Shown here: positions 20,150 to 32,326 of the stretch, piece by piece
Layout of the letters: each line of letters opens with the position of its first letter
Position numbering within the stretch: the first letter of the stretch is position 1
Assembly: GCA_045863395.1 (NCBI GenBank)
Contig: BTVJ01000002.1
Coordinates: 160,001 to 224,000, forward strand
From: Myxococcales bacterium
GTDB taxonomy: Bacteria > Myxococcota_A > UBA9042 > JABWCM01 > BTVJ01
Direction: 5' to 3'
DNA length: 64,000 bases
The notes under the pieces: generated by a model
Seen by the model: only the letters and a program-made list of their open reading frames with translations
The model's database searches: none
Told to the model about the DNA's origin: nothing
Made by a program: the position numbers and the translations under genes

Positions 20150-20875
20150 ATGTGTACCCTGGCTGTCTGGTGGCGCACCTGCGCCGAGCACCCCGTCGTC
20201 GCGGCGACCAACCGCGACGAGCTCCTGGATCGCCCCGCCGAGGCCCCCGGTCCTCGCCCCTGGGGCCCGGTGCCCGTCTTCGCGCCCCGGGATCTCGTGG
20301 CGGGGGGCTCCTGGATAGGCGTCAACGCGCGCGGAGTCTTCGTCGCAATCACCAACCGCTTTGGCGGACCGCGGGATCCCGGCCGCCGGTCCCGGGGGCA
20401 CCTGGTCGCGGAGATGCTCGCCCACGAGAGCGCGGCGGCGGCGGCCCTCGCCCCGATTCGCGGTGGCGACTACAACGGCTTCCACCTGCTGGTCGCGGAC
20501 GCGAGCGCTGCGTGGCTCCGCGTCGGGGACGGCGTTGCCGCCCCCCTGACCTGGCTCGAGCCCGGTCTCCACGTGATCACGGAGCGCAGCTTTGGCGCTG
20601 CCCCGACCGCCCGGGAGCCGCTGCTCCGGGACCTCCTCGCTGGCGCGGATCCGTGCGGGGGCCAGCCGGCGTCGTTCGCGTCAGCCCTCACGCCCGTCAT
20701 GTCAGCGCATGCGGAGGCGACCCTCGACGGCGTGTGTGTCCACGCGGAGGCGCTGCGATATGGCACGCGCTCGTCGTCGCTGGTCCGTGTGGGTGCGCAG
20801 GGGACGCAGTGGCTCTTCGCGCCGGGCCCGCCGTGCACGACGCCATACCAGGATCTTCCAGTGGACCTCGGGTGA
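20150..20875 (+). CDS. NRDE/TANGO2 family protein
   Basis: MCTL N-terminus, ATNRDE, GGSWIGVN, SRGHLV, YGTRSS. Confidence 0.92.
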   Translation: MCTLAVWWRTCAEHPVVAATNRDELLDRPAEAPGPRPWGPVPVFAPRDLVAGGSWIGVNARGVFVAITNRFGGPRDPGRRSRGHLVAEMLAHESAAAAALAPIRGGDYNGFHLLVADASAAWLRVGDGVAAPLTWLEPGLHVITERSFGAAPTAREPLLRDLLAGADPCGGQPASFASALTPVMSAHAEATLDGVCVHAEALRYGTRSSSLVRVGAQGTQWLFAPGPPCTTPYQDLPVDLG

Positions 20876-20893
20876 CCCCCGAGTGCTACGCGG

Positions 20894-21664
20894 TCACCAC
20901 TCGTCGACCTCGACCAGCACGACCGTCACATTGTCGCGCCCCCCGTGCTCACACGCGACCTCCACCAGGTGCTGGGCCGCCACGCAGAGATCTCCGTTGC
21001 GTGACGTGAGGACGGCCTCCAGCTCCGGGTCGGGCACGTCCCCGGTCAGCCCGTCCGAGCACAGCACGTAGAGGTCCCCAGGCTGCGGTACATGGCGCTG
21101 CAGCTCCACGTCCACGTGGTCCTGCATGCCAAGCGCCCGAACGATCACGTTCTTGTAGCGGAAGCCCGTCAGATCCGCCTCCGTGACGCTGGGGTGCAGC
21201 TTGCGGAAGTCGTTGAGCAGGGAGTGGTCCTCTGTGAGCTGCCGCAGGGCCCCGTCGCGCAGCAGGTAGGCACGGCTGTCCCCTACGTGAGCGACCGCCA
21301 GCCCTGAGTCGGAGAACAGCGCCGTGACGATGGTGGTGCCCATCTGCTTGCACTTGGGGTCGCGCTGCGCCGTGCGATAGATGAGCCCGTTGGCCAGCTT
21401 GATGGCCACCGAGAGCCGATTCTCGTCGTAGGAGAGGGTCTCCTCCTCGCGGTAGGGCCAGGTGATGTCCTCGTCGTCCCGGGTCTCCTCGAAGAACTCT
21501 CGCACCGAGTCCACCGCCATGCGGCTGGCGACCTCTCCCGCGAGATACCCGCCCATGCCGTCCGCGACGGCAAAGAGACCGTATTCCGGCAGAATGGCGT
21601 AGGAGTCTTCGTTGTTGGTGCGCCGATGGCCCACATGGGAGGCACCCGCGAATCTCAGCTTCAT
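20894..21664 (-). CDS. PP2C-type Ser/Thr phosphatase
   Basis: NED, VADGMGG, MGTT, HVGDSRAY, LCSDGL, GGRDN. Confidence 0.95.
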   Translation of the reverse strand: MKLRFAGASHVGHRRTNNEDSYAILPEYGLFAVADGMGGYLAGEVASRMAVDSVREFFEETRDDEDITWPYREEETLSYDENRLSVAIKLANGLIYRTAQRDPKCKQMGTTIVTALFSDSGLAVAHVGDSRAYLLRDGALRQLTEDHSLLNDFRKLHPSVTEADLTGFRYKNVIVRALGMQDHVDVELQRHVPQPGDLYVLCSDGLTGDVPDPELEAVLTSRNGDLCVAAQHLVEVACEHGGRDNVTVVLVEVDEW

Positions 21665-21801
21665 CGTCGACAGCCTCGGCCGGGACGCTGGGGGGCAGGC
21701 ACGATGAAGCTATCGAGCCCGGCTGAGACTCACAAGCCAAAAGTTGCGTCGTTGGGTGACAGGAGAAGGGACCACGGCGACGGGATCGCCGATCACTCCA
21801 A

Positions 21802-23805
21802 CTACTTGCCTAGGATCTCACCCTCGATGACCGCCTTGAACGACTCCACGTTGTAACCGGAGGGGGGCTGGAACTTGCGGCCGTTGATGAAGACGGTCGG
21901 GGTCCCACCCACACCGGCCTTGGTGCCCTGCTCGGTCTGCGCCTTGATGGCGTCGTCGAGCTGCGGGTCCGCCATGGCGGCCTTCCACTTCTCCATGTCG
22001 AGGCCGAGCTCCCGCGCCCACTCCTCGTACTTCTCGGGGCCCAGCTCCTTCTGGTTGGCAAAGAGCTTGTCGTGCATCTGCCAGAACTTGCCCTGGGCGT
22101 GGGCTGCGAGGGCCGCCTTGCCGGCCGGGGCCGCCTGCTGGTGGAAGGACAGGGGGAACTGCATGAAGGTCACGGACACCGCGTCGCCGTAGGCGCTCTG
22201 GACCTCGTCGATCACCGGCCCGACCCGCGAGCAGAACGGACACTGGAAGTCGCTGAACTCGACGATCTGGACCCGCGCGTTGGCGGGGCCCTTGGTGGGC
22301 ACCCCGGTCAGGTCGAAGGACTGCACCGTGTCATCAAGGGCGCGGAACACCTTGCCGTCCTTGATGACCGCGGCGTAGACACCGCCGCGAGGCGTCCCGC
22401 CGTCGACCAGCTTCTTCGCCTTCTCCAGCTCCTCGTCCACCAGCGCCTTGAAGGCCTCGAAGGGCTGGGCCCCGGTCATCTGCCGCCCGTTGACGAAGGA
22501 GTTGGGCGTCCCCCTCGCGTTGACCTCCGACGCGAGCTTCTGGTCCTCCTCCACCTGCCGCTTCGTCTCTGGAGACTCCATGTCGGCCTTGAAGCGCGCC
22601 ATGTCCAGGCCGAGCTCCGTCGCCCACTTGTCGATGTTCTCTGCGCTGAGGTCTCGCTGCCCATCGAAGAGCTTGTCGTGCATCTCCCAGAACTTGCCCT
22701 GGTTGCCGGCCGCGATCGATGCCAGCGCGGCGGGCACCGCGTTGTTGTGGAAGGCGAGCGGGTTGTGCTTGAAGACCACGGCCACGTCGTTGGGATAGGC
22801 GTCGAGGAGCTGCTTCATCGTCGGGAGCACCCGCGCGCAGAACGGGCACTGGAACTCGCTGAAGGTCACGATGGTCACGAGCGGCTCCGCGGCGCCCTTG
22901 CGCGCATCCTTCGGACCTACCTGCACCTTCCAGACGGTCGCGTCCACTGCCGGGCGGGCGGGCTGCGCCGGCTGCTCCTCTTGGACCGGAGGCTGACCAC
23001 CATCGACGACCCAGGCGATGAAGTTGTCGCCGGCCGGGTGGGTCGCCTTGGCCACCTGCTGCCACGCCTTGGCGGCAGGCGCGCCCTCGGCCACGGCCTT
23101 GTCCGTCTCCGCCAGCTTCTTCTCGACGATGGCCTTGAAGGTCTCGAAGGGTTGCGCCCCCTTGATGGCCTCGCCGTTGATGAAGAAGCCGGGCGTCCCG
23201 CGGGCGCCGAGGGCGACCATGGCCGCCTGCTGGCGCTTGATCTCCTTCTCGATCTCCGGGTCGCCCATGTCGGCCTTGAAGCGCGCCATGTCGAGGCCGA
23301 GCTCGCCGGCCCACTTGTCGAAATTCTCCGCCGTCAGCTCTCGGGCGTTGGCGAAGAGCTTGTCGTGCATCTCCCAGAACTTGCCCTGCTTGTGGGCCGC
23401 CATGGACGCCTTGGCCGCGGGCATGGCGTTGGGGTGGAAGGCGAGCGGGTTGTGGAAGAAGTAGACGGCCACGTCCTTGGGCCAGGTCTCGGCGACCTTC
23501 TCAACGGTGTCCTTCGCGCGGCTGCAGAAGGGGCACTGGAAGTCGCTGGACTCGATGATCACGACCTTGGCGTCCGCCGGTCCCTTCCGGGGGATGTTCG
23601 CGAGGCCCGCGGCCTGTTCGGCCACCGGGATCGGCGCGCCCTGGGTGGGCTGGGAGGGCTGCCCGGCTGCCCCTGGCTGTGCGGGCTGTGTCGGCTGGGC
23701 CGGCGGCGTCGCCGGACCGGCGGGTGGCTGGGGCTCGTCTTTCTTGCATCCGCCCGCCAGCGTCATCGCGGCGAGGGCGACGACAAGGTTCGATGGGAAT
23801 CGCAT
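21802..23805 (-). CDS. Lipoprotein with three tandem DsbA/thioredoxin domains
   Basis: Lipobox LAGGC; three FQCPFC motifs, each followed by KFWxMHDKLF and GTP. Confidence 0.9.
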   Translation of the reverse strand: MRFPSNLVVALAAMTLAGGCKKDEPQPPAGPATPPAQPTQPAQPGAAGQPSQPTQGAPIPVAEQAAGLANIPRKGPADAKVVIIESSDFQCPFCSRAKDTVEKVAETWPKDVAVYFFHNPLAFHPNAMPAAKASMAAHKQGKFWEMHDKLFANARELTAENFDKWAGELGLDMARFKADMGDPEIEKEIKRQQAAMVALGARGTPGFFINGEAIKGAQPFETFKAIVEKKLAETDKAVAEGAPAAKAWQQVAKATHPAGDNFIAWVVDGGQPPVQEEQPAQPARPAVDATVWKVQVGPKDARKGAAEPLVTIVTFSEFQCPFCARVLPTMKQLLDAYPNDVAVVFKHNPLAFHNNAVPAALASIAAGNQGKFWEMHDKLFDGQRDLSAENIDKWATELGLDMARFKADMESPETKRQVEEDQKLASEVNARGTPNSFVNGRQMTGAQPFEAFKALVDEELEKAKKLVDGGTPRGGVYAAVIKDGKVFRALDDTVQSFDLTGVPTKGPANARVQIVEFSDFQCPFCSRVGPVIDEVQSAYGDAVSVTFMQFPLSFHQQAAPAGKAALAAHAQGKFWQMHDKLFANQKELGPEKYEEWARELGLDMEKWKAAMADPQLDDAIKAQTEQGTKAGVGGTPTVFINGRKFQPPSGYNVESFKAVIEGEILGK

Positions 23806-24004
23806 GCCGCTCACTCCTCCTTCGTGCACCGCCTCGGGTGCGTCATGGGCGCATGGCACCGGCGGAGGAACCCCGCGGCCTGCGCTGGCATTCCTGGGCT
23901 CCAAGGTGTCCGCCGGACCTCTCCCGCGCCGCTGCTCTTATCACCGCCCACGGGTGGTTGCAAGGGCTTGACCCCGCGCCGTCGGTTCCGCACCCTCGGG
24001 GTCC

Positions 24005-24628
24005 ATGAAGCAGCCCACCACCATCGTCTTCGTGCGTCACGGCGAGACCGTCGGCGACTCTGCCATCCGCCTCTACGGGGCCACGGACATCGCCCTCAGC
24101 GATCTCGGGCGTCGCCAGATGGCGTCGGTGGCTGCTGCCCTCGCCGCGGAGCGCTTCGATGCGGTGGTGGCGAGCCCGCTGTCCCGGTCCCTGGAGTCGG
24201 CGGGACTGTGCGCTCCTGGGGTCCCGGTGCTCGTCATCGAGGGCCTCCGGGAGATCGACTTCGGTGCCTGGGAGGGGCGCACCCTCGCGGAGGCCGAGGT
24301 GCAAGACCCGGTGACCTGGGCGCGCTGGCGTACCGAGGGCGACGTCTTCCGCTTCCCCGGTGGTGATCAGCGTGCAGCATTCCGGGGGCGGGTTCGCGCC
24401 GCTACGCAAGAGATCCTGAAGCGCACGTCGGGCCACATCCTCTGCGTGCTCCACAAGGGCGTCATCAAGGTTGCCCTCGCGACGCTCCTCGGGCTCAGCC
24501 CCGACGAGGCCCACCGCCTGCCGGTCCACCTCGGGAGCATCCACCGGCTCAGGCGTGAGGGTCCGCAGTGGCGCCTGGACTCGCAGAACGAGACCGCGCA
24601 CCTGGGATCCGACCACCTCCCCGAGTAG
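24005..24628 (+). CDS. Histidine phosphatase family protein
   Basis: VRHGET, SPLSRS, EIDFGAWEG, HKGVI. Confidence 0.92.
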   Translation: MKQPTTIVFVRHGETVGDSAIRLYGATDIALSDLGRRQMASVAAALAAERFDAVVASPLSRSLESAGLCAPGVPVLVIEGLREIDFGAWEGRTLAEAEVQDPVTWARWRTEGDVFRFPGGDQRAAFRGRVRAATQEILKRTSGHILCVLHKGVIKVALATLLGLSPDEAHRLPVHLGSIHRLRREGPQWRLDSQNETAHLGSDHLPE

Positions 24629-24630
24629 GT

Positions 24631-26442
24631 CTACTTGTGGGAGGCGGTGCCCGGGGTGAAGGGCTCGGTCTCGAAGCGGAAGTTGTCCAGGATCACCTGG
24701 GAGTCGTAGATGCCGTCCGAGGCGTCGTGGATGTGGAAGGTCAGCGTGAACTTCTCGCCGCCCTTGATGGGCCAGCTCGTCGTCAGCCAGCCCGTGGAGC
24801 TGCCGGTGGCCTGGCTGTCCAGGAAGAACGAGGAGGCGCACTCGTAGCCGGTCCCCGAAATGTTCGTCGGCGGATTCGGACACTTCTCGCTGAACGCCGT
24901 ATTGATGGCGATGTAGCACACCTTCTTCCCCTGCCCGTCCACCTTGTCGTAGTAGGAGTTGGGATTGCTGCACGCGGTCGTGTTGATCACGATCTTCTGC
25001 CCGTTCGTGCTCTCGGGAGCGGTCAGGAGGATGTAGAACTTGTCGTTGTACGCGGTTCCGATGTACTCCTCGTACTCCTCTGAGAAGAACACGTAGTCGA
25101 TTGAGAAGCCCAGCGCGTTCTGCGGGGCCGTCATCACCACCGTGAACTCCACGTTGTCGAAGGTCGGGTAGCCGTCCTTGGCGAAGGGGTCCGGGATGGA
25201 GCCGCCGCCCGACAGGTCCGTGGAGTGCGACGTGCCGGTCGCGGGCCCCGTCGCCAGGAGGCCATAGGACTTGCCGCCGAACGGCTTGAGGCCGTTGTTC
25301 GGGTTGCCGAAGTGGTTCACCGCGGCCCACGCCGACGAGATGTTGTCGTTGGTCGGCGACGTGAACGTCGATGACTCGATGAGGCTGCCGAAGCACATCT
25401 CCAGGGCGCACAGATACGCCTCGACCGTGTTGCCCGTGCAGGGGCCCGCGCACTCGGCGGACTCGTCGATCTTGCCGTTGCAGTTGTTGTCGAAGCCGTC
25501 CCCGAAGGTCTCCGCCGCGCCGGGGTTGATCAGCGGCGAGTAGTCGAAGCAGTCGCCGCCGCCGTGCGGGCACACCTTGGGCTTGCCGACGATCTTCATA
25601 TTGCCGTCGCAGTAGCCGTCCTGGTCGTCGTCGCAGCCCTCGTCGACGAGCATGTTGCAGTTGTTGTCCAGGTCGTCGCAGGTCTCCTCGTGCCAGGGAG
25701 AGACCGTCGGGTCGTTGTCGTTGCAGTCCCCGCCGGCGGTGGCCGTGTGGGTCCCGTTGGGCGCGCACAGGCAGACCCCCGTATCGGAGCGACCGGTCCC
25801 GTCGCCGTCGTCGTCGATGTAGAAGTACGTGCAGTTGCCGTTGGCATCCTCGTCGGTCTGACCGTCGCAGTCGTCGTCGATGCCGTTGCACTGCTCCTTT
25901 GCGCCGGGGTGGACCGCCGGGTTGGAGGGGCCGCAGTCGTCGTCATTGCCGTACCCGTCGCCGTCGACGTCGTCGTCGCAGGCGTCACCGATGCCGTTGC
26001 CGTCGTAGTCCTCCTGCCCGGGGTTCTGGACCTTGGGGCAGTTGTCGTTGACGTCGAAGATCAGGTCGCCGTCCGTGTCCTGGGTGGGGTTGACGACCGG
26101 GCCTGCGTCGGGTCCCCCGGCCGCGGGTCCCCCGTCCGGGTTGGGTGTGAGCGTCGCGTCGGCCGGTACGTCCTCTGGCGCATAGCACTGGTAGTTGGCG
26201 CAGAGCTGGTCGCCCTCGCAGGACCCGCAGGGGCTGCCGCACCCGTTGTCTCCACAGAGCTTTCCGTCGCAGCTCGGGGTGCAGTTGCCGCCGAAGCCCC
26301 CCGGCGAGCCACCGCCCGCGCCGGCGTCCGTCACGCCGCCGCCGGGGACGTAGGCTGCGCCACCCTTGTTGCCGCCGCACGCCGCGAGGGCGATGCCCAT
26401 CGCCGCGATGCCCACCCGCCAGATGATGCGTCCCTGAGTCAT
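24631..26442 (-). CDS. Lipoprotein with Asp/Cys-rich metal-binding (MopE-like/TSP3-like) repeats and choice-of-anchor-L-like C-terminal domain
   Basis: LAAC lipobox; DNCP..NP.QED.D; CNGIDDDCDG and CDDLDNNCN; FFSEEYEEY...NDKF, DASDGIYDS. Confidence 0.75.
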   Translation of the reverse strand: MTQGRIIWRVGIAAMGIALAACGGNKGGAAYVPGGGVTDAGAGGGSPGGFGGNCTPSCDGKLCGDNGCGSPCGSCEGDQLCANYQCYAPEDVPADATLTPNPDGGPAAGGPDAGPVVNPTQDTDGDLIFDVNDNCPKVQNPGQEDYDGNGIGDACDDDVDGDGYGNDDDCGPSNPAVHPGAKEQCNGIDDDCDGQTDEDANGNCTYFYIDDDGDGTGRSDTGVCLCAPNGTHTATAGGDCNDNDPTVSPWHEETCDDLDNNCNMLVDEGCDDDQDGYCDGNMKIVGKPKVCPHGGGDCFDYSPLINPGAAETFGDGFDNNCNGKIDESAECAGPCTGNTVEAYLCALEMCFGSLIESSTFTSPTNDNISSAWAAVNHFGNPNNGLKPFGGKSYGLLATGPATGTSHSTDLSGGGSIPDPFAKDGYPTFDNVEFTVVMTAPQNALGFSIDYVFFSEEYEEYIGTAYNDKFYILLTAPESTNGQKIVINTTACSNPNSYYDKVDGQGKKVCYIAINTAFSEKCPNPPTNISGTGYECASSFFLDSQATGSSTGWLTTSWPIKGGEKFTLTFHIHDASDGIYDSQVILDNFRFETEPFTPGTASHK

Positions 26443-26478
26443 GATCCACCCTGCGGAGCCCTCACATCGGGGGCTGCT

Positions 26479-28488
26479 CTACTGGTTGCCGATCGCCTCG
26501 ATGCGGAGCCCGCCAGGGTAGGCATAGCTCACGTCGCAGTCATAGCCGTAGGCCGTCAGGCCGAAGGGCTTGTTTGCCTTGATGGTGTGCACGCCGTCCG
26601 TGAGGGGCACCTGGGCCGTCCCCCAGGTCGTCGATCCAAGGGGCACGAGGGGCTGGGTCATCGCCGTGCCGTCGACGGTCACCTCCGCCTCCAGGGGCGC
26701 GACCACGTTCACGTAGTCCTGCTCGTAGCCCGGCGGCGTCAGCACCACGTACTCGCTCAGGTACTGGGCCGTCGGCACCGCGAGGGTCAGCGCGGGGTCG
26801 CCCGTGCCCGTCGTGCCGCACGTCCAGTTGGAGCCCGGGTAGTTGGATCCGATCATGTAGTGACCGACGAGCAGGCGCCCGGTGCCCTCGATGAGGAAGC
26901 TCTCCTTGGCGAGGAGCTGCACGACCTGGCCACGGTTCAACGTGAAGGCCTCGTAGCCGGGGATGGGCGGGTTCGTGGTCACGAAGATGCCGTCCTCGCC
27001 GCCCATGATGCGGAAGATGTCGAACTGGGCGTCGCTTCGCTTGGCGAAGGTGTCGGCCACGTAGGTCTTGCCCCACGCGGCGACCGGGATGAGCTGCTGC
27101 TCGACGTGGTCGCAGTAGTTCACGCCAAGGGGGATATTGGCGCACTCGTGGCCGCCGAACACGTTGATGCGCTTGTCGGACTTGATGTGGCTTCCCGTCA
27201 GGTCCTGGCCCTCGTTGCCGTCGCTCTCCAGGTTGAGGACCTCGCCCTGCTCGAGCTGGAAGCTCGCCGGCTGGTTGGCGGGCAGCGAGGGAACGCCCGG
27301 GCCTCCGAGCACGTTGGCCCGCGGGGTGACGGTCACGTTGGTGACCCCCTGCTGGGTGGCGACCACCGTCAGGAAGCCGCGCAGGGTCTCGAGCACGTCG
27401 GCGCGGTGGGGCCACGACATCACGTAGTACTCCATGCCGCCCACGTTGGAGGGCAGGAGCAGCGACGCGTCGTTGGTGTAGACCCCGTCGCCGTTGAGCG
27501 GGTTGAACTGGTGGACCGTCACGGGTGCGGTGGTCACGATGCGGTAGGAGCGCTTGTCCTTGAGGGAGCCATCCAGGTCGCTGCCGAGGGGGAGGGTGAA
27601 GACCTGCAGGGTGCCCTTCTTGACGATGTCGCTGGGCGCGCCGAGCTCCGCTGCCGTTACAATTGTGCCGGTCGCCATGTTCGTGAAGGTGACCTTGGCG
27701 TCGCCGCCGTCGCTGGGCGCTGAGACGACCACGGCCACCGGCTCGAACTCCGCGTCCTCGATGTTGTCCAGGTCCACGGCCCAGTAGTCGCAGCCCAGGT
27801 ACGTGTTCTGCTTGGTGTTCGCCTCGCAGGCGTCGGCGCAGTAGGCCTCCTTCGTCTCGTCGTCGATCTTGCAGAGGCCCCCATCGCCGCAGGGCTCCGG
27901 GTCCAGCCAGGCGGACCCGTCGTTCTTGCACTTCTTGATGCCCGACGTGCCCACGCAGACGCTGGAGCCCGGTGCACAGAGCAGGGACACGCAGGCGCCC
28001 TGATAGCAGGTCTGGCCACCGTCGCAGGTCGCGTCCTCATAGGCGGTGCCGGTGGGGTTGCAGCGCTTGAAGGTCGTGGGGCCCGAGCACTCGGGCGGCT
28101 CCTTGGCCGCCAGGGGCTCACAGATGGGGGCCGTGCAGTAGCCCTGGAAGCACTTCTCGCCGGCGCCGCACTCCTGCTCCTGCCACTCGGTGCCGCTCGG
28201 GTCGCAGACGCCCCGGGTGTCCTCGTCGATACAGGTGCTGACGCCGGGGATGCAGCTATTGCCGATGTCGGGCGCCGAGGCGACGTCCGCCGCCGGGGTG
28301 CCCGTGTCGGGCGTCGGGGTCGAGGTCGCGTCCTTGTCGCCGCCCGGGCCGAAGCCGCCCGGGTTCCCGCCTCCGCTCGTGTCGAACCCGGTGCCTGGCT
28401 GGGTGCCAACGCCTCCGCCTCCGCCGCTGCTGCTGCACGCGGCCGCGATGGACGCTATGAACGCGAACGATCTCAAGAACTTGCTCAC
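26479..28488 (-). CDS. IgGFc-binding-protein-like lipoprotein with Cys-rich N-terminus
   Basis: AAAC lipobox; GCDYWAVDLDN, HQFNPL, NDASLLLP, CDHVEQQLIP, SYAYPGG. Confidence 0.82.
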   Translation of the reverse strand: MSKFLRSFAFIASIAAACSSSGGGGGVGTQPGTGFDTSGGGNPGGFGPGGDKDATSTPTPDTGTPAADVASAPDIGNSCIPGVSTCIDEDTRGVCDPSGTEWQEQECGAGEKCFQGYCTAPICEPLAAKEPPECSGPTTFKRCNPTGTAYEDATCDGGQTCYQGACVSLLCAPGSSVCVGTSGIKKCKNDGSAWLDPEPCGDGGLCKIDDETKEAYCADACEANTKQNTYLGCDYWAVDLDNIEDAEFEPVAVVVSAPSDGGDAKVTFTNMATGTIVTAAELGAPSDIVKKGTLQVFTLPLGSDLDGSLKDKRSYRIVTTAPVTVHQFNPLNGDGVYTNDASLLLPSNVGGMEYYVMSWPHRADVLETLRGFLTVVATQQGVTNVTVTPRANVLGGPGVPSLPANQPASFQLEQGEVLNLESDGNEGQDLTGSHIKSDKRINVFGGHECANIPLGVNYCDHVEQQLIPVAAWGKTYVADTFAKRSDAQFDIFRIMGGEDGIFVTTNPPIPGYEAFTLNRGQVVQLLAKESFLIEGTGRLLVGHYMIGSNYPGSNWTCGTTGTGDPALTLAVPTAQYLSEYVVLTPPGYEQDYVNVVAPLEAEVTVDGTAMTQPLVPLGSTTWGTAQVPLTDGVHTIKANKPFGLTAYGYDCDVSYAYPGGLRIEAIGNQ

Positions 28489-28651
28489 GAGGTTCTCCCG
28501 CGGGGGTGGAGGTGCGAGGCCGGTCGCTCGACGGCACCAAGGTAGAGGGCCCGCGCGCGGGAATCAACCCTGAACGGTTCCGGTGCTACGACGGGCGGGA
28601 CGCGCGCAACCGCGTTGTGGCATGATGCGGGCCCAAGTACGGAGGTACACC

Positions 28652-29797
28652 ATGGCGTTCCCCGACCACCTGCTCGACGAGACCCACGTGCAGTTCCGCA
28701 AGGTCTGCGTCGACTTCGCGCGCAGAGAGATCGCCCCCTTCGCCAATGAGTGGGAGGAGGCGGAGGAGTTCCCGCGGGAGCTGTACGCCAAGGCGGCGGC
28801 GGCGGGCCTGCTGGGCGTGTCGTTCCCCGAGGAGGTCGGAGGGAGCGGGGGCACCATCGTGCACGCCATGGTCGCGACGGAGGCGCTGCTGCGGGGGGGC
28901 TCCATGGGCGTGCTCGCGGGGCTCGGCTCCTTGGGCATTGGCCTCCCGCCGGTGGTGCAAGCGGGGGACGGGGACCAGATCGACCGCTTCGTGCGGCCGA
29001 CGCTGGCGGGGGAGACCATCTCGGCCCTGGCGATCACGGAGCCCGACACGGGGTCGGACGTGGCCGGGGTGCGGACGACCGCGCGGCGGGACGGAGACGA
29101 CTGGGTCATCGACGGCGCCAAGATGTTCATCACGTCGGGGGTGCGGGCGGACTTCGTGACGGTGCTGGCGCGGACGGGGCCGGACAAGCACGGGGGCCTC
29201 ACCTTCTTCATGGTGGAGCGGGGGATGCCTGGCTTCACCGTGTCGCGCGCCTTGCGGAAGACTGGGTGGAGGGCCTCGGACACGGCAGAGCTGGCCTTCG
29301 ACGGCGTCCGCGTGCCGGACCGGAACCGAATCGGGAGGGAAGGCGGGGGCTTCCAGACGCTCATGCGCAACTTCCAGGCGGAGCGCATGGGCCTGGCGGT
29401 CTACGGCCACGCGGCGGCAGAGATCGCTCTGGAGGAGGCCTTGAGGTGGGCCCGGGAGCGCAAGGCCTTCGGGCGCCCGCTCGTCGGCTTCCAGGTGACG
29501 CGGCACAAGCTGGCGGACATGGCGATGCGGGTCGTCGCCGCCAAGACCCTGAACTACACGCTGGCCTTGCGGATCGCGGCGGGGGAGATGCTGGTCAAGG
29601 AGGTCTCCCTGGCGAAGAACCTGGCTGCAGAGGCCGCCATGAGCGTGTGCACGGAGGCGGTGCAGATCTTCGGCGGCATGGGCTACATGCGGGAGACCCT
29701 CGTCGAGCGGCTGAGCCGCGACGTGCGCCTGCTGCCCATCGGCGGCGGCACGACGGAGATCATGAAGGAGATCGTCGCGCGGTCCATGGGGCTGTGA
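28652..29797 (+). CDS. Acyl-CoA dehydrogenase
   Basis: AITEPDTGSDV, GAKMFITSG, RKAFGRPL, QIFGGMGY, IGGGTTEI; GGAGG SD. Confidence 0.95.
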   Translation: MAFPDHLLDETHVQFRKVCVDFARREIAPFANEWEEAEEFPRELYAKAAAAGLLGVSFPEEVGGSGGTIVHAMVATEALLRGGSMGVLAGLGSLGIGLPPVVQAGDGDQIDRFVRPTLAGETISALAITEPDTGSDVAGVRTTARRDGDDWVIDGAKMFITSGVRADFVTVLARTGPDKHGGLTFFMVERGMPGFTVSRALRKTGWRASDTAELAFDGVRVPDRNRIGREGGGFQTLMRNFQAERMGLAVYGHAAAEIALEEALRWARERKAFGRPLVGFQVTRHKLADMAMRVVAAKTLNYTLALRIAAGEMLVKEVSLAKNLAAEAAMSVCTEAVQIFGGMGYMRETLVERLSRDVRLLPIGGGTTEIMKEIVARSMGL

Positions 29798-29991
29798 GCG
29801 CTGCGTCGGGGACGCCGCGCGCGGGCGGCTGCTCCTGGGTGAATCGGCCGCACCCGCCGCAGGGCATGTCCCCGGCGAGCGGACTCGCGGCGCACGCCGA
29901 CGCCCCGGCGGGCGGCAGCAGACCCTTGACCTCGGGGGCCTTTTGAGGATAGACGCACCCGGTTCGCGGTCCCTGGCCTGTGGAGGCGTTC

Positions 29992-30570
29992 GTGAATCGG
30001 CTGTTCCTCGCGTTCCTTTGGTTCTTCAAGATCCTGTTCGGCGGCGGCAAGGCCGAGCTGGCAGAGCTCGAGCGAAAGGCGTCGCTGCCACCGCCCAAGG
30101 CCCCGGAGCCCCGCAAGGCGCCCGAACCGGCCCCGAAGCCCGCGGCGAAGGTCGAGGCCCCGCCGAAGGCTGAGCCCGCCAGGGGGGCGCGCCCCGAGGA
30201 CGGCGCGCTGCGGCTGCTGGCGTTGCTCCAGGGAGACGGGCGGCTGGTGGACTTCCTGCGCGAGGACATCGGCGCCTACTCCGACGACCAGGTGGGGGCG
30301 GCGGTGCGCAACATCCACGCGGACTGCCGGAGGGCGCTCGACAAGGTGGTGACCCTGGAGCCGGTGCTGGCGGGGGAGGAGGGCGCCAGCGTGACCGTTC
30401 CGCGCGGCTTCGATCCGTCGGCGATTCGCGTGGTCGGCAACGTGCGGGGCGAGCCGCCCTACTCAGGGGCGCTGCGGCACCACGGCTGGCGGGCGAAGCG
30501 CATCGAGCTGCCAGGCGTGCCCTCGGGGCAGGACCTGACGGTGGTGGCGCCGGCCGAGGTGGAGGTCTGA
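29992..30570 (+). CDS. DUF2760 domain protein
   Basis: ALRLLALLQGDGRLVDFL, DDQVGAAVR, GALRHHGW, VAPAEVEV; GTG at 29992 after GGAGG. Confidence 0.85.
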   Translation: MNRLFLAFLWFFKILFGGGKAELAELERKASLPPPKAPEPRKAPEPAPKPAAKVEAPPKAEPARGARPEDGALRLLALLQGDGRLVDFLREDIGAYSDDQVGAAVRNIHADCRRALDKVVTLEPVLAGEEGASVTVPRGFDPSAIRVVGNVRGEPPYSGALRHHGWRAKRIELPGVPSGQDLTVVAPAEVEV

Positions 30571-30571
30571 C

Positions 30572-32322
<1,751 letters not shown>

Positions 32323-32326
<4 letters not shown>

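Noticed and set aside
20881..20888. GAGTGCTA, resembling half of a CIRCE element
   Set aside because: Left arm TTAGCACTC is absent and the site lies between convergent gene ends.
21802..23560. Repeated DNA segments resembling an array
   Set aside because: They are the three coding DsbA domains; no CRISPR-like repeat-spacer pattern was seen anywhere in the window.
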